DNA from: a virus
Direction: 5' to 3' (one strand)
DNA: 64,000 nt
IMG/VR virus record: IMGVR_UViG_3300042508_000428
Of this stretch, positions 1 to 10,442 are shown piece after piece. A model generated the notes under the pieces. It did not search any database, was not told the origin of the DNA, and saw only the letters and a list, made by a program, of their open reading frames with translations. Every line of letters begins with the position of its first letter. Within the stretch, counting starts at the first letter, position 1. A program made the position numbers and the translations under genes.

Positions 1-47
1 AGATAGATAATAATTTATATGGTGATGAGGATTGGTATTATTAATAA

Positions 48-55
48 ACTATTTA
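48..55 (+). promoter_or_regulatory. ACTATTTA putative late promoter element
   Basis: Intergenic octamer recurring upstream of at least 11 late-type genes. Confidence 0.65.
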
Positions 56-77
56 GTATAATTGTAGGAGAGTAACA

Positions 78-971
78 ATGAGAGTTGAGAAATGGGATAT
101 TTTGATGCACCGCCTTCTAACAGAAAAGAAGGAAAAAGAAGAAAAAGCAAGCAAATCGAAAGGTTCAAAGCCAGATTTTCTTGATTTAGATAAAGACGGT
201 GATACTTCTGAACCAATGAAGAAGGCATCAAAAGAGTCGGGTGGTAAAAAAGAAACAAAATCCAAGAAAGGAAAAGGCAAGATCCCTCCTCAACTAAAAA
301 TGCACATCAAGAAAAAGAAAAACAAACTTGATGAAGCAATTGAGAGACTAGAAAAAATTCTTTTTGAACAACACGATCTTCAAGAATATGGAGAAGATAA
401 ACACCCTGATATTGAAGACGACGATGATGATTTTGATGCTGATGATCTGCCATCCTATGGTGAAGAAGACTTTGGTGATTATGGCGAAGAAAGTATGAGA
501 AAATTTGCTCAAAAATCAAAAAATTTTGCAGATAAATACACCGAAGAAGATGACTATGAAGAAGAGGAAGAAGAAGATTACGAAGACGAAGATGATTTTG
601 AAGATGATGATGATATGGAGGACGAAGAAGTTGAAGATGATGATGATATGGATTTAGATGATGAAAATGATATGGAAGAATATCTAACCGAAGCAGAGGT
701 TAAGAAAAAACAACCACGACTTGGTAAAGTAACTCGTAATCCATCCGGCTCAAAAAAAAAGTTTCACGTCTACGTTAAATGTGGCGGAAGAGTAAAGAAG
801 ATCTCATTCGGTGATCCAGGATTATCAATTAAAAGAGATTCTGCTGCCCGTAGAAAGAACTTTAGAGCAAGACATAAGTGTGATCAACCAGCAGGAAAAG
901 ATCGTTGTACAGCGAGATATTGGTCTTGCTATCAATGGAGAGCAGGAAAGAAGGTTGAAGGCGAGGAGTAA
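78..971 (+). CDS. Asp/Glu-rich protein with basic C-terminal Cys/His domain (FGDPGLSIKRDSAARRKNFRARHKC..RYWSC) of a type seen in large phages
   Basis: ORF with GGAG RBS, acidic low-complexity core, motif recognised by eye. Confidence 0.8.
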   Translation: MRVEKWDILMHRLLTEKKEKEEKASKSKGSKPDFLDLDKDGDTSEPMKKASKESGGKKETKSKKGKGKIPPQLKMHIKKKKNKLDEAIERLEKILFEQHDLQEYGEDKHPDIEDDDDDFDADDLPSYGEEDFGDYGEESMRKFAQKSKNFADKYTEEDDYEEEEEEDYEDEDDFEDDDDMEDEEVEDDDDMDLDDENDMEEYLTEAEVKKKQPRLGKVTRNPSGSKKKFHVYVKCGGRVKKISFGDPGLSIKRDSAARRKNFRARHKCDQPAGKDRCTARYWSCYQWRAGKKVEGEE

Positions 972-1825
972 TGAAACAACTTCTTGAAAATTGGAATAGA
1001 TTTATCTTAAAAGAAGCTTCGTACCGCCAAGTTATGGAAAGATTTGGTAGTTCAAAGTTTCTTAAATCTTCCGAATTTAATCAAGTTGACCCAGAAGAGG
1101 CAAAGCAAAAGATATTAGAAACTGTACCAGAGAACTTTGATGTTCAAGAAAAAGCAAATTATCTGGATTGGAGAATCTCAACCTTTATCAAGACTGGTAA
1201 ATATGAAGGTCCATCTGCTGAAATCGTCAAAAGATATTATGAGATTAAGTCTGACGAAGGCAAGAAGAAACTCCTTAACAAAATTAACATCTCAGATATA
1301 AACTCTGTTGAAGAATTTGAAGAGATCGTCTATAATGCTGAAGGATCTCTTGGAGAAAAAGAGAAGAGTAGAAAAGAAGAAAGTACATCTGGTGAAGGTC
1401 AAAATCTTGTTTATGAAGATGATAATTGGAAAGTATATCTTCCAGAAACCAAAGGAGCATCTGTTGCCCTATGTCGTGGACCAAACCCAGACGGAATCAA
1501 GGGTAAATCAACCAGAGCAAAATGGTGTACTGGTGTGTTGACAAGAAAGTATTATGAGGTTTATCATAAACCAGATAATCCTCTGATTATTTTTATTTCT
1601 AAATCTGATCCCGCTGAGAAATATCAACTTAGTTATTTTGGAATTTCAAGCGAATCTCCGTTCTGGAATCCAAATGATCCTGAAAAACCAGAATTTAAAA
1701 ACAACAGAGACAAAGACATTACAGGAACGGATGTATTTTCGGAACTAAATAATATAGTAGCAAGTCTTGAAGATAAACTTCCAGAGAGAGTTGTTAATAA
1801 AGCAAAAAAATTTGCAGGAATGTAA
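971..1825 (+). CDS. Hypothetical protein with N-terminal W-tag (MKQLLENWNRFILKE)
   Basis: Translationally coupled ORF, shared N-terminal motif. Confidence 0.8.
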   Translation: MKQLLENWNRFILKEASYRQVMERFGSSKFLKSSEFNQVDPEEAKQKILETVPENFDVQEKANYLDWRISTFIKTGKYEGPSAEIVKRYYEIKSDEGKKKLLNKINISDINSVEEFEEIVYNAEGSLGEKEKSRKEESTSGEGQNLVYEDDNWKVYLPETKGASVALCRGPNPDGIKGKSTRAKWCTGVLTRKYYEVYHKPDNPLIIFISKSDPAEKYQLSYFGISSESPFWNPNDPEKPEFKNNRDKDITGTDVFSELNNIVASLEDKLPERVVNKAKKFAGM

Positions 1826-1827
1826 AA

Positions 1828-2172
1828 ATGAACTTTAAAGATATAAACGACAAATGGAAATCCTTCTTGACTGAAAATGCTTTCAAAGAAGATAAACTTG
1901 TCAAAAAAGATAAGAAAGAAAAAGTTAAAGATAAAAAAGGCAAAAAGAAAGAATTAATTGTTTCCGAAGAAGATGATGTAAATGAATGGGAAGAATTTGA
2001 AGAAGCCGTAATTAATGAACCATCTGGCGCTGGTGTAAATAAAGCAATAAACTCCGTAGAAGAAAATGAACCACTAGAAGAAATGTCTGCCATGTCCGGC
2101 GGAGCAGTTCAGGGTTTTGCTGGTAATGCTTTTGGAACTCCTGTTAGAAGAAGAAAAAAGAGAAGACATTGA
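1828..2172 (+). CDS. Hypothetical charged protein with N-terminal W-tag
   Basis: ORF 2 nt after previous stop. Confidence 0.7.
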   Translation: MNFKDINDKWKSFLTENAFKEDKLVKKDKKEKVKDKKGKKKELIVSEEDDVNEWEEFEEAVINEPSGAGVNKAINSVEENEPLEEMSAMSGGAVQGFAGNAFGTPVRRRKKRRH

Positions 2173-2197
2173 CAACAACAATAACTTGTCGTATCAT
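2169..2197 (+). promoter_or_regulatory. sigma70-type promoter of thyX
   Basis: TTGACA-N17-TATCAT. Confidence 0.75.
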
Positions 2198-2220
2198 AGA
2201 CCCAAACTTAGAGAGGTCTT

Positions 2221-2916
2221 ATGAAAGTTAGTTTAGTTTCCTATACAAAACCAGCAGGTATATTAGAAGATACAGATATAACCACCCCTACTGATCTGGT
2301 GGCATATTGTGCTCGCGTATCAAACCCAACAAATCAAATGAACTCCGCAACTTCCGAGAAGTTGATTAAGTATCTAATCAAGAATAAACACTGGTCTCCG
2401 TTGGAAATGGTTGATGCTACAATAGAGATTGAAACAACAAGAGATATTGCTCGTCAGATTCTTCGCCACCGATCATTCTCTTTCCAAGAGTTCTCACAGA
2501 GATACTCCGATGTATCTCATTTGGGAGATAGCAAAGAATTTGATTCCTTCTTTGATTATTCAGAGTTAAGACTTCAAGATACAAAGAACAGACAGAATAG
2601 TGTTGAGACAGACGATCAAGCATTAAAGAATACTTGGATTATGTATCAGAAAGAAGTTATGAGAGTATCTCAAGAGGCTTATGTTTGGGCAATTAAACAT
2701 GGAGTAGCAAAAGAAGTTGCTCGTAAAGTTCTACCAGAAGGTTTAACCAAATCTCGTATGTATATGAAGGGTTCATTAAGATCCTGGATTCACTACCTAG
2801 AGGTTCGTGGGGAAGGTTCAGGAACACAAAAAGAGCATATGTTGGTAGCAAACGAAATAGCGAAGATTATTGCAGAAATATTCCCGGTATCAGAGGAATT
2901 AAAAAATGAAATATAA
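2221..2916 (+). CDS. thyX: FAD-dependent thymidylate synthase
   Basis: RHRSFSFQEFSQRY ThyX motif, AYCARVS, HWSPLEM. Confidence 0.97.
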   Translation: MKVSLVSYTKPAGILEDTDITTPTDLVAYCARVSNPTNQMNSATSEKLIKYLIKNKHWSPLEMVDATIEIETTRDIARQILRHRSFSFQEFSQRYSDVSHLGDSKEFDSFFDYSELRLQDTKNRQNSVETDDQALKNTWIMYQKEVMRVSQEAYVWAIKHGVAKEVARKVLPEGLTKSRMYMKGSLRSWIHYLEVRGEGSGTQKEHMLVANEIAKIIAEIFPVSEELKNEI

Positions 2917-3100
2917 AAAGATCTATGAAGGTAATGTAATTCTAACAACCACAAGTCTAACAGAACTTTTAAAAAATGTTCCGTCCGATGTTAAAATGGA
3001 AGAATTAAAAATCATTCCAGTATTTAATGTATTAGGAAGCGGAGGAACAGAGTTGGTTGGTTTTCGACTCGTAGCATACAGACAAGATGGAGAGTCTTAA
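2906..3100 (+). CDS. Hypothetical protein
   Basis: Overlapping start/stop packing. Confidence 0.6.
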   Translation: MKYKKIYEGNVILTTTSLTELLKNVPSDVKMEELKIIPVFNVLGSGGTELVGFRLVAYRQDGES

Positions 3101-3956
3101 GAATCATATTTATCAGTTTGACGAGGTGGTGGTTGGTTTAACAACCACTTCTCTTTTGTATTCTTACATCTTTAATCTTCCTATTGTCTATAAACATAAA
3201 ACCACCCCAAGATTCTTTGAGTTTATCGACAACTCTGTTAATCTTACCAAAACTGGTTTGCTGAAAGAGAACAAACAACTTAACTTTCCAAAAGGAAAAC
3301 TTGTTAAGTCCTACTCGAAGAAGAGAGTTATGGATCATTTATATATGATTCAGTCTCTATGCGGAAACATACCGATCAAAGATGTAGCAGATTTAAGAGT
3401 CGATGAAGAAGAAAAGATCTTAAAGATTACCACAAAGAATCAACGACTATTCCGTTACAAATTTAATAAACTAAGAGTGTTCGATACAAGAGGGTTGGAG
3501 TTCTTACAACCAATCGGGGAATCAATAGAGAAGCATTATGTATTAGACGAGTTCAAGATTAAAATGAAGAACGATAAGTTTTATCATGTAATCCAAAGAG
3601 GCGGGGACTTTCCGAGAAACATTTATATTTCTTCCGATAAGAAACGATTAATGTCTCACTCTTTATTAACTCCCGGAGAAATGGCTTTACCAGACTTCTC
3701 TTCTTTCTTTATTCAGAAATCAACAGAGAGAGAATTAGAGAATCATGGAATCAAAGCAAAGTTGGAATGGGTTAAGAGACACTACGAGGATAAAGATAAA
3801 GACACCTACGAAGAGAAAGATTGGTTGATCATAGACCAGAGGGACGAAGAAGAAGTATGGAAGGATCGCAAAATAAATACATATCACACATGGTTGGGAT
3901 CGTTCCGATCCAGAATGGTCCAACGAATGATGGACTCCCTTGGCCAAAATGTTTAA
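3087..3956 (+). CDS. Hypothetical protein
   Basis: Long ORF, phage-like codon use. Confidence 0.75.
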   Translation: MESLKNHIYQFDEVVVGLTTTSLLYSYIFNLPIVYKHKTTPRFFEFIDNSVNLTKTGLLKENKQLNFPKGKLVKSYSKKRVMDHLYMIQSLCGNIPIKDVADLRVDEEEKILKITTKNQRLFRYKFNKLRVFDTRGLEFLQPIGESIEKHYVLDEFKIKMKNDKFYHVIQRGGDFPRNIYISSDKKRLMSHSLLTPGEMALPDFSSFFIQKSTERELENHGIKAKLEWVKRHYEDKDKDTYEEKDWLIIDQRDEEEVWKDRKINTYHTWLGSFRSRMVQRMMDSLGQNV

Positions 3957-4777
3957 CACCATTATACAACAACTATACTGCCCTTCATCGTAGTGTTCTT
4001 GAGTGCGCAATGGCGGGTTGTTCTTCTATCTGGGTAATAACTGAAAAAAGATATATACCACTTATGAAAGCAGTTGTTGGTTGTTATGTTGAAGATCCAA
4101 TTCTTGCTCAATTACCTGTAGAGTTCAAAGATAATTTCTCAATGAGGATTCCAATATGGTATACTTCGTTACCAGTCAGAGATTTAAAGCGAAGAGAATG
4201 TTATGGAAGAACAATCTTAGCGGGAGCAGAGTATGCAACAAGAGTGGCAAATGGTTTAAGTGAAAACCTAAAACCAGGAAAGTTTTATGTTTCTTTCCCC
4301 GAGTCTGTCTATTCTCCCTGGGTTCTACAAAAAGATAGAAAGAAGATTAAGAGTTCAGATAAAAATTTCTTTATCACCCATGAAGGTAAATCAATAAAAG
4401 ATGGATTGCCTCTTGGATTCACAATGTTTAAAGAAGATTTTGACAGATACAAACTCGATTTTAAATCGAGAGATCAAGGATCGTGGATGGGAGAGACACT
4501 CAAAGATCTTAGACGAAGACCAATAGAAGAGAGGAATTTGGCCTCTAAACTCACCCTTGACGAAATATTCAGGTCTGCTACACTAGAGGGGTCAGTCCTT
4601 AGAGAACTCATAGTTTATTCCAATATCTCAACTTGGGATGGATATGTTAAGTATCTTACAAAAGGACACTTCTACAAAATGCCAAAGAAAGTCAAGTATT
4701 TCAGGTATAATAAAATGAAAAACCTAGAAGAAAGACCAATACAAACAGGGGATTATGAACACGATGACCAGAACTAA
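3890..4777 (+). CDS. Nucleotidyltransferase-like (sugar-phosphate NTase-type N-terminus) protein
   Basis: MVGIVPI..LPWPKCLTPL..ALHRSVLECAMAGCSSIWVIT; start moved to internal Met. Confidence 0.55.
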   Translation: MVGIVPIQNGPTNDGLPWPKCLTPLYNNYTALHRSVLECAMAGCSSIWVITEKRYIPLMKAVVGCYVEDPILAQLPVEFKDNFSMRIPIWYTSLPVRDLKRRECYGRTILAGAEYATRVANGLSENLKPGKFYVSFPESVYSPWVLQKDRKKIKSSDKNFFITHEGKSIKDGLPLGFTMFKEDFDRYKLDFKSRDQGSWMGETLKDLRRRPIEERNLASKLTLDEIFRSATLEGSVLRELIVYSNISTWDGYVKYLTKGHFYKMPKKVKYFRYNKMKNLEERPIQTGDYEHDDQN

Positions 4778-5057
4778 AGATGAAATGTATGCAATAGCGA
4801 AAGAAACTTATAGTCATTTATCGTCAGGAGATCTACAAGAACTAGACCTACCTGATGTATTTGATTTGCTCTCCACTCGCCAGAAAGAGTTGTTTATGAA
4901 CTTCTTCTCTTTGGCGGAGCAGAGTTTCAGAGAAGAACTAGATCCGAAACTAGAGTCTGAATTTATCAACGAAGTAGAAAGAGAATTAGGATTTACCGGC
5001 GGAGAAACGGTAGAAGATATTATTCACCGTATGAATGTAAAGATTTGTAAGTTTTAA
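4755..5057 (+). CDS. Hypothetical protein
   Basis: ORF bridging to dnaE. Confidence 0.65.
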   Translation: MNTMTRTKDEMYAIAKETYSHLSSGDLQELDLPDVFDLLSTRQKELFMNFFSLAEQSFREELDPKLESEFINEVERELGFTGGETVEDIIHRMNVKICKF

Positions 5058-5065
5058 GGAGTTTT

Positions 5066-8000
5066 ATGGGAATCAAGTTTGTAAATTTACACGGCCATAG
5101 TTGTTTCAGTGTGTTCGATGGACTTGGTTTCCCGAATGAACACATTGATTTTGCTTATGGTAATGGAGCAGATGCTCTTGCGTTGACCGATCACGGCAAC
5201 ATGAATGGTTTGTCTTATCAAGTTCTTCACACGAAGAAGATGAAGGCAGAAGGAAAGAACTTTAAACCAATCTTTGGTGTCGAGTCATACTTCATTCCAT
5301 CCATTCCAGAATGGAAAGAGGCATACGATAAATACAAAGAAGAAAAGAAGTCAAAGAAAAACGACGATGAAGAATCCGGAATTGTCGTAGAAGATGAAGA
5401 AGAATCAAAGAAGGATGAAAAGAGTTTCATTAACTTTCGTGCTCACTTGGTTCTTCTTGCTCAAAACCAGAAAGGTCTATCAAATATTTTTCAGTTGGTT
5501 TCCAAGTCTTACAATCCAGGAAACTTTTATCGGTTTCCTCGTCTAGATTATGAAATGCTTAAGCAACACAGCGAGGGTGTTATTGCCCTGACTGCTTGCA
5601 TGGGCGGTCCTTTGTCTAAATGCTTCTGGCAACACAAAGACGAAGGCGAAGAAAAGGTTCTGGAAGAAATGACCAAAGTTGTCAAGAACTTCAAGGCAAT
5701 TCTTGGTGATCGTTTCTATTGTGAACTACAGTGGAATGCTTATCATGAGCAACATGAGATTAACAAATTGGTAATCAAGGTTGCCAAAGAAAACGGTGTT
5801 AAACTTGTTTCCACTTGCGACTCTCACTATCCTCGTCCTGATCTGTGGAAAGAGCGAGAAATCTACAAGATGCTTGGATGGTTGGGTTCAAAGAATATGT
5901 CTTTGGATTCTCTTCCATCAAAGCGTGAAGAACTGATGTCTGAACTCTATCCTAAGAATGGACAGCAGATGTGGGACGCTTATAAAAAGTATTCCACTCA
6001 GACATTTAACGAGTATGATGACGATCTTGTTCGCGAGTCGTTCGAGAATACTTGGAAGATTGCTCACGAACAGATTGAGGAGTTTCTACCGGATACAACG
6101 GTTCGTCTACCTTCTTTCGTTGTTCCAGAGGGTAAGACAGACGTTCAGGCTTTGATTGAATTATGTTCCTCCTCTATGAGAAAGAAAGGCTTGGACAAAA
6201 ACCGCGAATACATCGAAAGACTTAAAGAAGAACTCACTGTTATTAAAGACCGTGGTTTCTGTAAGTATTTCTTGACGATGAAAGCGATCGCTGATAAAGC
6301 CGTTGAGAATCAACTTGTTGGTGCTGGTCGTGGTTCGGCGGCGGGTTCTCTTGTATCTTATCTTCTGAATATTACTCAGATTGACCCAATCAAGTATGGT
6401 CTTCTGTTTAGTCGCTTCCTGCAAAAGAATGCCAAGGATTACCCAGATATTGACTATGACACAAGCGATCCAATGACGCTGAAACAAATGTTGATTGAAG
6501 AGTGGGGTCAAGATTCGGTTGTTCCAATCTCAAATTGGAATACTCTACAACTTCGTTCTCTAATTAAAGATGTTGGCAAGCTTTATGGTATTCCATTCAC
6601 GGAGGTAAATGATACAACTTCTGTCATGGTTAAGGAAGCAACTGCTCCTGCCAAAGAAAGACATGGTATTACTGCTGGTGTTTACACTCCAACATTTGAA
6701 GAGTGTTTGGAGTTCTCAACAACCTTACAGAAATTTCTTGCCAAATATCCAGAGGTCGGCAAGCATATTAAAGCATTACAAGGTCAAGTAAGATCCGCAT
6801 CAAGACATGCGGGTGGAGTTATTGTATCGGAGAACATTTCACACTTCATGCCACTAATTAATAGTGGTGGAGTAACTCAAACACCTTGGAGCGAGGGACA
6901 GAATGTTAGACACTTGGAACCTCTTGGGTTTATTAAGTTTGATATTCTTGGCCTCGCAACTCTTCGTATTATTGAGAATACGATCCGTAGAGTCCTCATT
7001 AAACAAGGTAATGCAAACCCCACCTTCAAAGACATCAAAACCTTCTACGAACAGAATCTCCACCCGTCAACAATAAACTTTGACGATCAAAAGGTCTATG
7101 AACATGTATTCCATGAAGGACGATGGGCGGCGATCTTTCAGTTCGCTGAGAAGGGCGCTCAAGAGTTTTGTAAACGTGCAAAGCCTCGTAGTATTATTGA
7201 TCTTTCTGCTATTACTTCTATTTATCGCCCAGGTCCATTGTCGGCAAAAGTGGACGAAAATTATGTCACGGCTAAGGAAGATCCGAGTTCAATCAAATAT
7301 CTACATCCAATCGTTAAGGAAATCACAGAAGAAACCGCAGGGTTCCTAATATTCCAAGAACAAATTGCTTTGATTGCTCACAAGTTGGGCAAAGATCTAA
7401 CTTTGGATGAAGGTAACTTACTGCGTAAAGTCCTAACCAAGAAAGGCACAGGTAAAGGACACGAGGTTAAAGATGAGATTCACACAAAGTTTATTGAAGG
7501 CTGTCTCGAAAAAGGTATTCAACAAGAAGATGCTCAAAACCTTTGGCAGACATTTGAGTTCTTTTCCGGTTACGGTTTTAATAAGTCTCACGCCGTTTGC
7601 TATAGCATTCTTTCTTATCAGTGTGCATGGCTTCTTACTTATTATTCAAATGAGTGGATTGCTTCATACCTAGACGACGAAAAGGATGATGGTAAATCAA
7701 AAGCAATCTCAATCGTTAAGTCGCTTGGATATGAAGTTGAACCACCAAATGTAAATAACTCTGGCGATCAATGGGAATGCTCAAGCAATGGCAAAACTTT
7801 CTATCAACCTTTGAGTTCAATCAAAGGTCTTGGTGAGAAAGCGATTGAACAGGTAATTAATAATCGCCCATTTAAAACAATTGATGACTTACTTTTTAAC
7901 GATAAAATTGCTTACACCAAACTCAACAAAAAAGGTTTGGATGCTCTTGCTAGATGTGGAGCGCTAGATGATCTAATGGATAATCGCTTCACTGGTCGTA

Positions 8001-8470
8001 AACATTTCTGGATGTCTTTCTGCGATGAACGACCAAAAACAAAGAAGAAGTTTGATGCTTATATTGAGCAGTTCAAAGGAGAGGGTGACTTCTCAAGAAA
8101 TGAAGTGATCAACAATTGTGTTGAACTTCTCGGATTCTTTCCAGTGACGATGGTTATGAGTCCTCAGTTATACAAAAGATTAGAGGACAGCAATGTTCCA
8201 TCTATCTCAAAGTATGATTCAGAACTACAAGTATGCTGGTTTGTTCCAATCTCGTTTGAAACAAAAAGATCTAAGAATGATAAAAACTATTATGTTGTAG
8301 ATGTTGTTGATGACACCGGAAAGACAACTGAGGTTAAGTGCTGGTCTGTTGATACAGAGAAAGATGTGATTTATCTCAATCGTCCTTATGTTGCAAAACT
8401 TAATTACGATGAAAACTTTGGTGGATTTTCTTGCATAGGAATTTCTAAGAGTTGGAAGATGGTTGGATAG
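5066..8470 (+). CDS. dnaE: DNA polymerase III alpha subunit (family C)
   Basis: PHP domain (LHGHS..DG, ALTDHGN), GRGSAAGSLV, PDIDYD catalytic motif, GFIKFDILGL, GYGFNKSHA. Confidence 0.97.
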   Translation: MGIKFVNLHGHSCFSVFDGLGFPNEHIDFAYGNGADALALTDHGNMNGLSYQVLHTKKMKAEGKNFKPIFGVESYFIPSIPEWKEAYDKYKEEKKSKKNDDEESGIVVEDEEESKKDEKSFINFRAHLVLLAQNQKGLSNIFQLVSKSYNPGNFYRFPRLDYEMLKQHSEGVIALTACMGGPLSKCFWQHKDEGEEKVLEEMTKVVKNFKAILGDRFYCELQWNAYHEQHEINKLVIKVAKENGVKLVSTCDSHYPRPDLWKEREIYKMLGWLGSKNMSLDSLPSKREELMSELYPKNGQQMWDAYKKYSTQTFNEYDDDLVRESFENTWKIAHEQIEEFLPDTTVRLPSFVVPEGKTDVQALIELCSSSMRKKGLDKNREYIERLKEELTVIKDRGFCKYFLTMKAIADKAVENQLVGAGRGSAAGSLVSYLLNITQIDPIKYGLLFSRFLQKNAKDYPDIDYDTSDPMTLKQMLIEEWGQDSVVPISNWNTLQLRSLIKDVGKLYGIPFTEVNDTTSVMVKEATAPAKERHGITAGVYTPTFEECLEFSTTLQKFLAKYPEVGKHIKALQGQVRSASRHAGGVIVSENISHFMPLINSGGVTQTPWSEGQNVRHLEPLGFIKFDILGLATLRIIENTIRRVLIKQGNANPTFKDIKTFYEQNLHPSTINFDDQKVYEHVFHEGRWAAIFQFAEKGAQEFCKRAKPRSIIDLSAITSIYRPGPLSAKVDENYVTAKEDPSSIKYLHPIVKEITEETAGFLIFQEQIALIAHKLGKDLTLDEGNLLRKVLTKKGTGKGHEVKDEIHTKFIEGCLEKGIQQEDAQNLWQTFEFFSGYGFNKSHAVCYSILSYQCAWLLTYYSNEWIASYLDDEKDDGKSKAISIVKSLGYEVEPPNVNNSGDQWECSSNGKTFYQPLSSIKGLGEKAIEQVINNRPFKTIDDLLFNDKIAYTKLNKKGLDALARCGALDDLMDNRFTGRKHFWMSFCDERPKTKKKFDAYIEQFKGEGDFSRNEVINNCVELLGFFPVTMVMSPQLYKRLEDSNVPSISKYDSELQVCWFVPISFETKRSKNDKNYYVVDVVDDTGKTTEVKCWSVDTEKDVIYLNRPYVAKLNYDENFGGFSCIGISKSWKMVG

Positions 8471-8488
8471 TATTTAAGAAATCTACAT

Positions 8489-8496
8489 ACTATTTA
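8489..8496 (+). promoter_or_regulatory. ACTATTTA putative late promoter element
   Basis: Intergenic, upstream of 8527 ORF. Confidence 0.65.
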
Positions 8497-8526
8497 TTAG
8501 TGAATCTTTTCGAGGAGAACTAATAC

Positions 8527-9342
8527 ATGGCAAGTGGACACAGAAAAAGAAAAGCAGCCGCATTAAGACTTGATGTTTTAAATCCAGCAGGATTAACAAA
8601 TGTATCCGAAGCAGATCGTGGAAACACAACTAATCAAAATAATCTCATTAACATAGCAACTTACTCAAGGGATGGAGTTACCCCTACTTTTACAGCTGGT
8701 TCTACTACATTATTAAATAATGTTGTAGCAAATGCAGATGGTGCTTGGACAAAAGCAGGATTAACTGGCGAATCAACAAATACTGGGGTTTTCCTCGGAA
8801 CATCGTTGAGTGGAGCGGTTGGTATAACAGCTACAACTAAACATTATTATTTTCCAGCTGTTGGAGGATTACAAACAAACTTATCTGGCGCAAACGGTGT
8901 ATCGGCTCCAGTTATTGTTTATTCTAATGATGGTCCGCAAGCAGGTTATGTTCCTTATTATTTAGGTGGTAGTACTGCAACTAGTTCAATTAAATTCGGT
9001 TCTCAAATCACCGGCGCTGGTTCTGCAACTCACGTTATTGTTTATGTTGGCGGAGAGTTAGAAGCGTCTGATAGAATTAGAATTATGAAGGCGTCTGATG
9101 GTTCGTTGTACGGAACAGTGCCATATATGATAGGTACAAACATTACAACTGGCTCAACTAGTCCAACGATTGTATCTGGTTCAGAATTAAGCGGTTATTC
9201 ATATAGAAAAGCCTTTTTCCTTACAAAAGCCTCAATAAATACCGCACAAGGATTTATACTAGAATTCTCGTCCTCTGCCAGAACATCAACTACACCAGTT
9301 GCTGGCGTATTTGTGGCAATCTCTTCTGGCACTTATGCGTAA
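8527..9342 (+). CDS. Gly/Thr/Ser-rich putative virion structural protein
   Basis: GAGGAG RBS, beta-rich composition, late motif upstream. Confidence 0.6.
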   Translation: MASGHRKRKAAALRLDVLNPAGLTNVSEADRGNTTNQNNLINIATYSRDGVTPTFTAGSTTLLNNVVANADGAWTKAGLTGESTNTGVFLGTSLSGAVGITATTKHYYFPAVGGLQTNLSGANGVSAPVIVYSNDGPQAGYVPYYLGGSTATSSIKFGSQITGAGSATHVIVYVGGELEASDRIRIMKASDGSLYGTVPYMIGTNITTGSTSPTIVSGSELSGYSYRKAFFLTKASINTAQGFILEFSSSARTSTTPVAGVFVAISSGTYA

Positions 9343-9346
9343 TTAG

Positions 9347-9398
9347 TTGACAAATTAGTTCTCTTATGATAACCTCCATAGACAACTATGGAGGTTAT
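9347..9398 (+). promoter_or_regulatory. sigma70-type promoter with 13-bp hairpin occluding the dut RBS
   Basis: TTGACA-N17-TAACCT; ATAACCTCCATAG-ACAA-CTATGGAGGTTAT. Confidence 0.75.
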
Positions 9399-9404
9399 TC
9401 ATTT

Positions 9405-9863
9405 ATGGACAAGATTTATGTTAAGAAACTAAAACCAGAAGCAATCTTACCAACAAGAGCAAACCCTTCTGATGCTGGAGCAGATGTTTATTTTTGCAGT
9501 CACGAACCGCTGACGATCGCTCCTGGAGAGTCTGTATTGCTTGGGACTGGTCTACAAGTCGCAACACCAATTGGTTATGTATGTGAAGTTAAAAACAGGT
9601 CTGGTATGGCATACAAGAAAAGTTTGGTTGTTGGTTCGTGCGTAATTGACTCTGGATATTCTGGAGAAGTTAAAATCAATCTTCACAATATCGGAAGAGA
9701 AGTAAGAACAATTGATCCTTTTGAGAAAATTGCCCAACTTATTTTTTATCAAGTCAATCTACCAACATTTGAATGTTTACCAAGCGAAGTAGATCTTTAT
9801 CTTCATACCCCAACTGTATCCAGTAGAGGTGAATGTGGGTTTGGATCAACAGGAAATAAATAA
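9405..9863 (+). CDS. dut: dUTPase (trimeric type)
   Basis: AGADV, NRSG, VIDSGYSGE, IAQL, SRGECGFGSTG motifs; start after GGAGG. Confidence 0.97.
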   Translation: MDKIYVKKLKPEAILPTRANPSDAGADVYFCSHEPLTIAPGESVLLGTGLQVATPIGYVCEVKNRSGMAYKKSLVVGSCVIDSGYSGEVKINLHNIGREVRTIDPFEKIAQLIFYQVNLPTFECLPSEVDLYLHTPTVSSRGECGFGSTGNK

Positions 9864-10132
9864 TGAGCAACGCAACAAGGAAAATACAAAGACAAAAAGC
9901 AGTTGAAGCAAAGAAAGAGGTGGAAAAAGAACTTACCAGCAAGATTGGTATGTTTGGAAGACTGCCTGATGAATGTTCTGCCTGCCAAAAACCTTTTGAT
10001 AAAAAGTCAAAAGAGATGGCGCAGACTTGGGTGGTGGTAGTTCGCAGTGAACAGAAACTAGTTAGGTTGTTCTGTCCTGAATGTATAGACAAAGTAAAGG
10101 AGTTTTTACCAGATGAAAACGAAGAAACTTGA
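9863..10132 (+). CDS. Small zinc-finger protein (CxxC..CxxC)
   Basis: CSAC and CPEC pairs. Confidence 0.7.
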   Translation: MSNATRKIQRQKAVEAKKEVEKELTSKIGMFGRLPDECSACQKPFDKKSKEMAQTWVVVVRSEQKLVRLFCPECIDKVKEFLPDENEET

Positions 10133-10442
10133 TCTGCTTAGATTTAAAAGCAAAGTTGATAAAAACATTCCATTTATTGTAAAGTTCAAGAGCGATGGTT
10201 GTCCAATCTGTGTTGATCTTGAACCAGATTTCCAAGCAGTTGCTCAATCATTCCCACAGTTAGGCTTCTACGACGTAGATATAAACGAAGAGGAAGACCT
10301 AGCAGATCTTTTTATTGAAGACGGAGTTCCGACACTTTATTACATTAAAGGAAAACACTTCAAAGAATTACCATATCCTCAAAATGGATTTGACAAAGAT
10401 TCTCTAACCTCAGTTATCAAAGATATTTTAAATGGAAAATAA
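10113..10442 (+). CDS. Thioredoxin-like protein
   Basis: GCPIC redox motif, cis-Pro GVPT. Confidence 0.85.
   Translation: MKTKKLDLLRFKSKVDKNIPFIVKFKSDGCPICVDLEPDFQAVAQSFPQLGFYDVDINEEEDLADLFIEDGVPTLYYIKGKHFKELPYPQNGFDKDSLTSVIKDILNGK

Noticed and set aside
5066-8470. Possible intein or intron in dnaE
   Set aside because: Length and motif order fit an uninterrupted DnaE; no intein splice or LAGLIDADG motifs seen.
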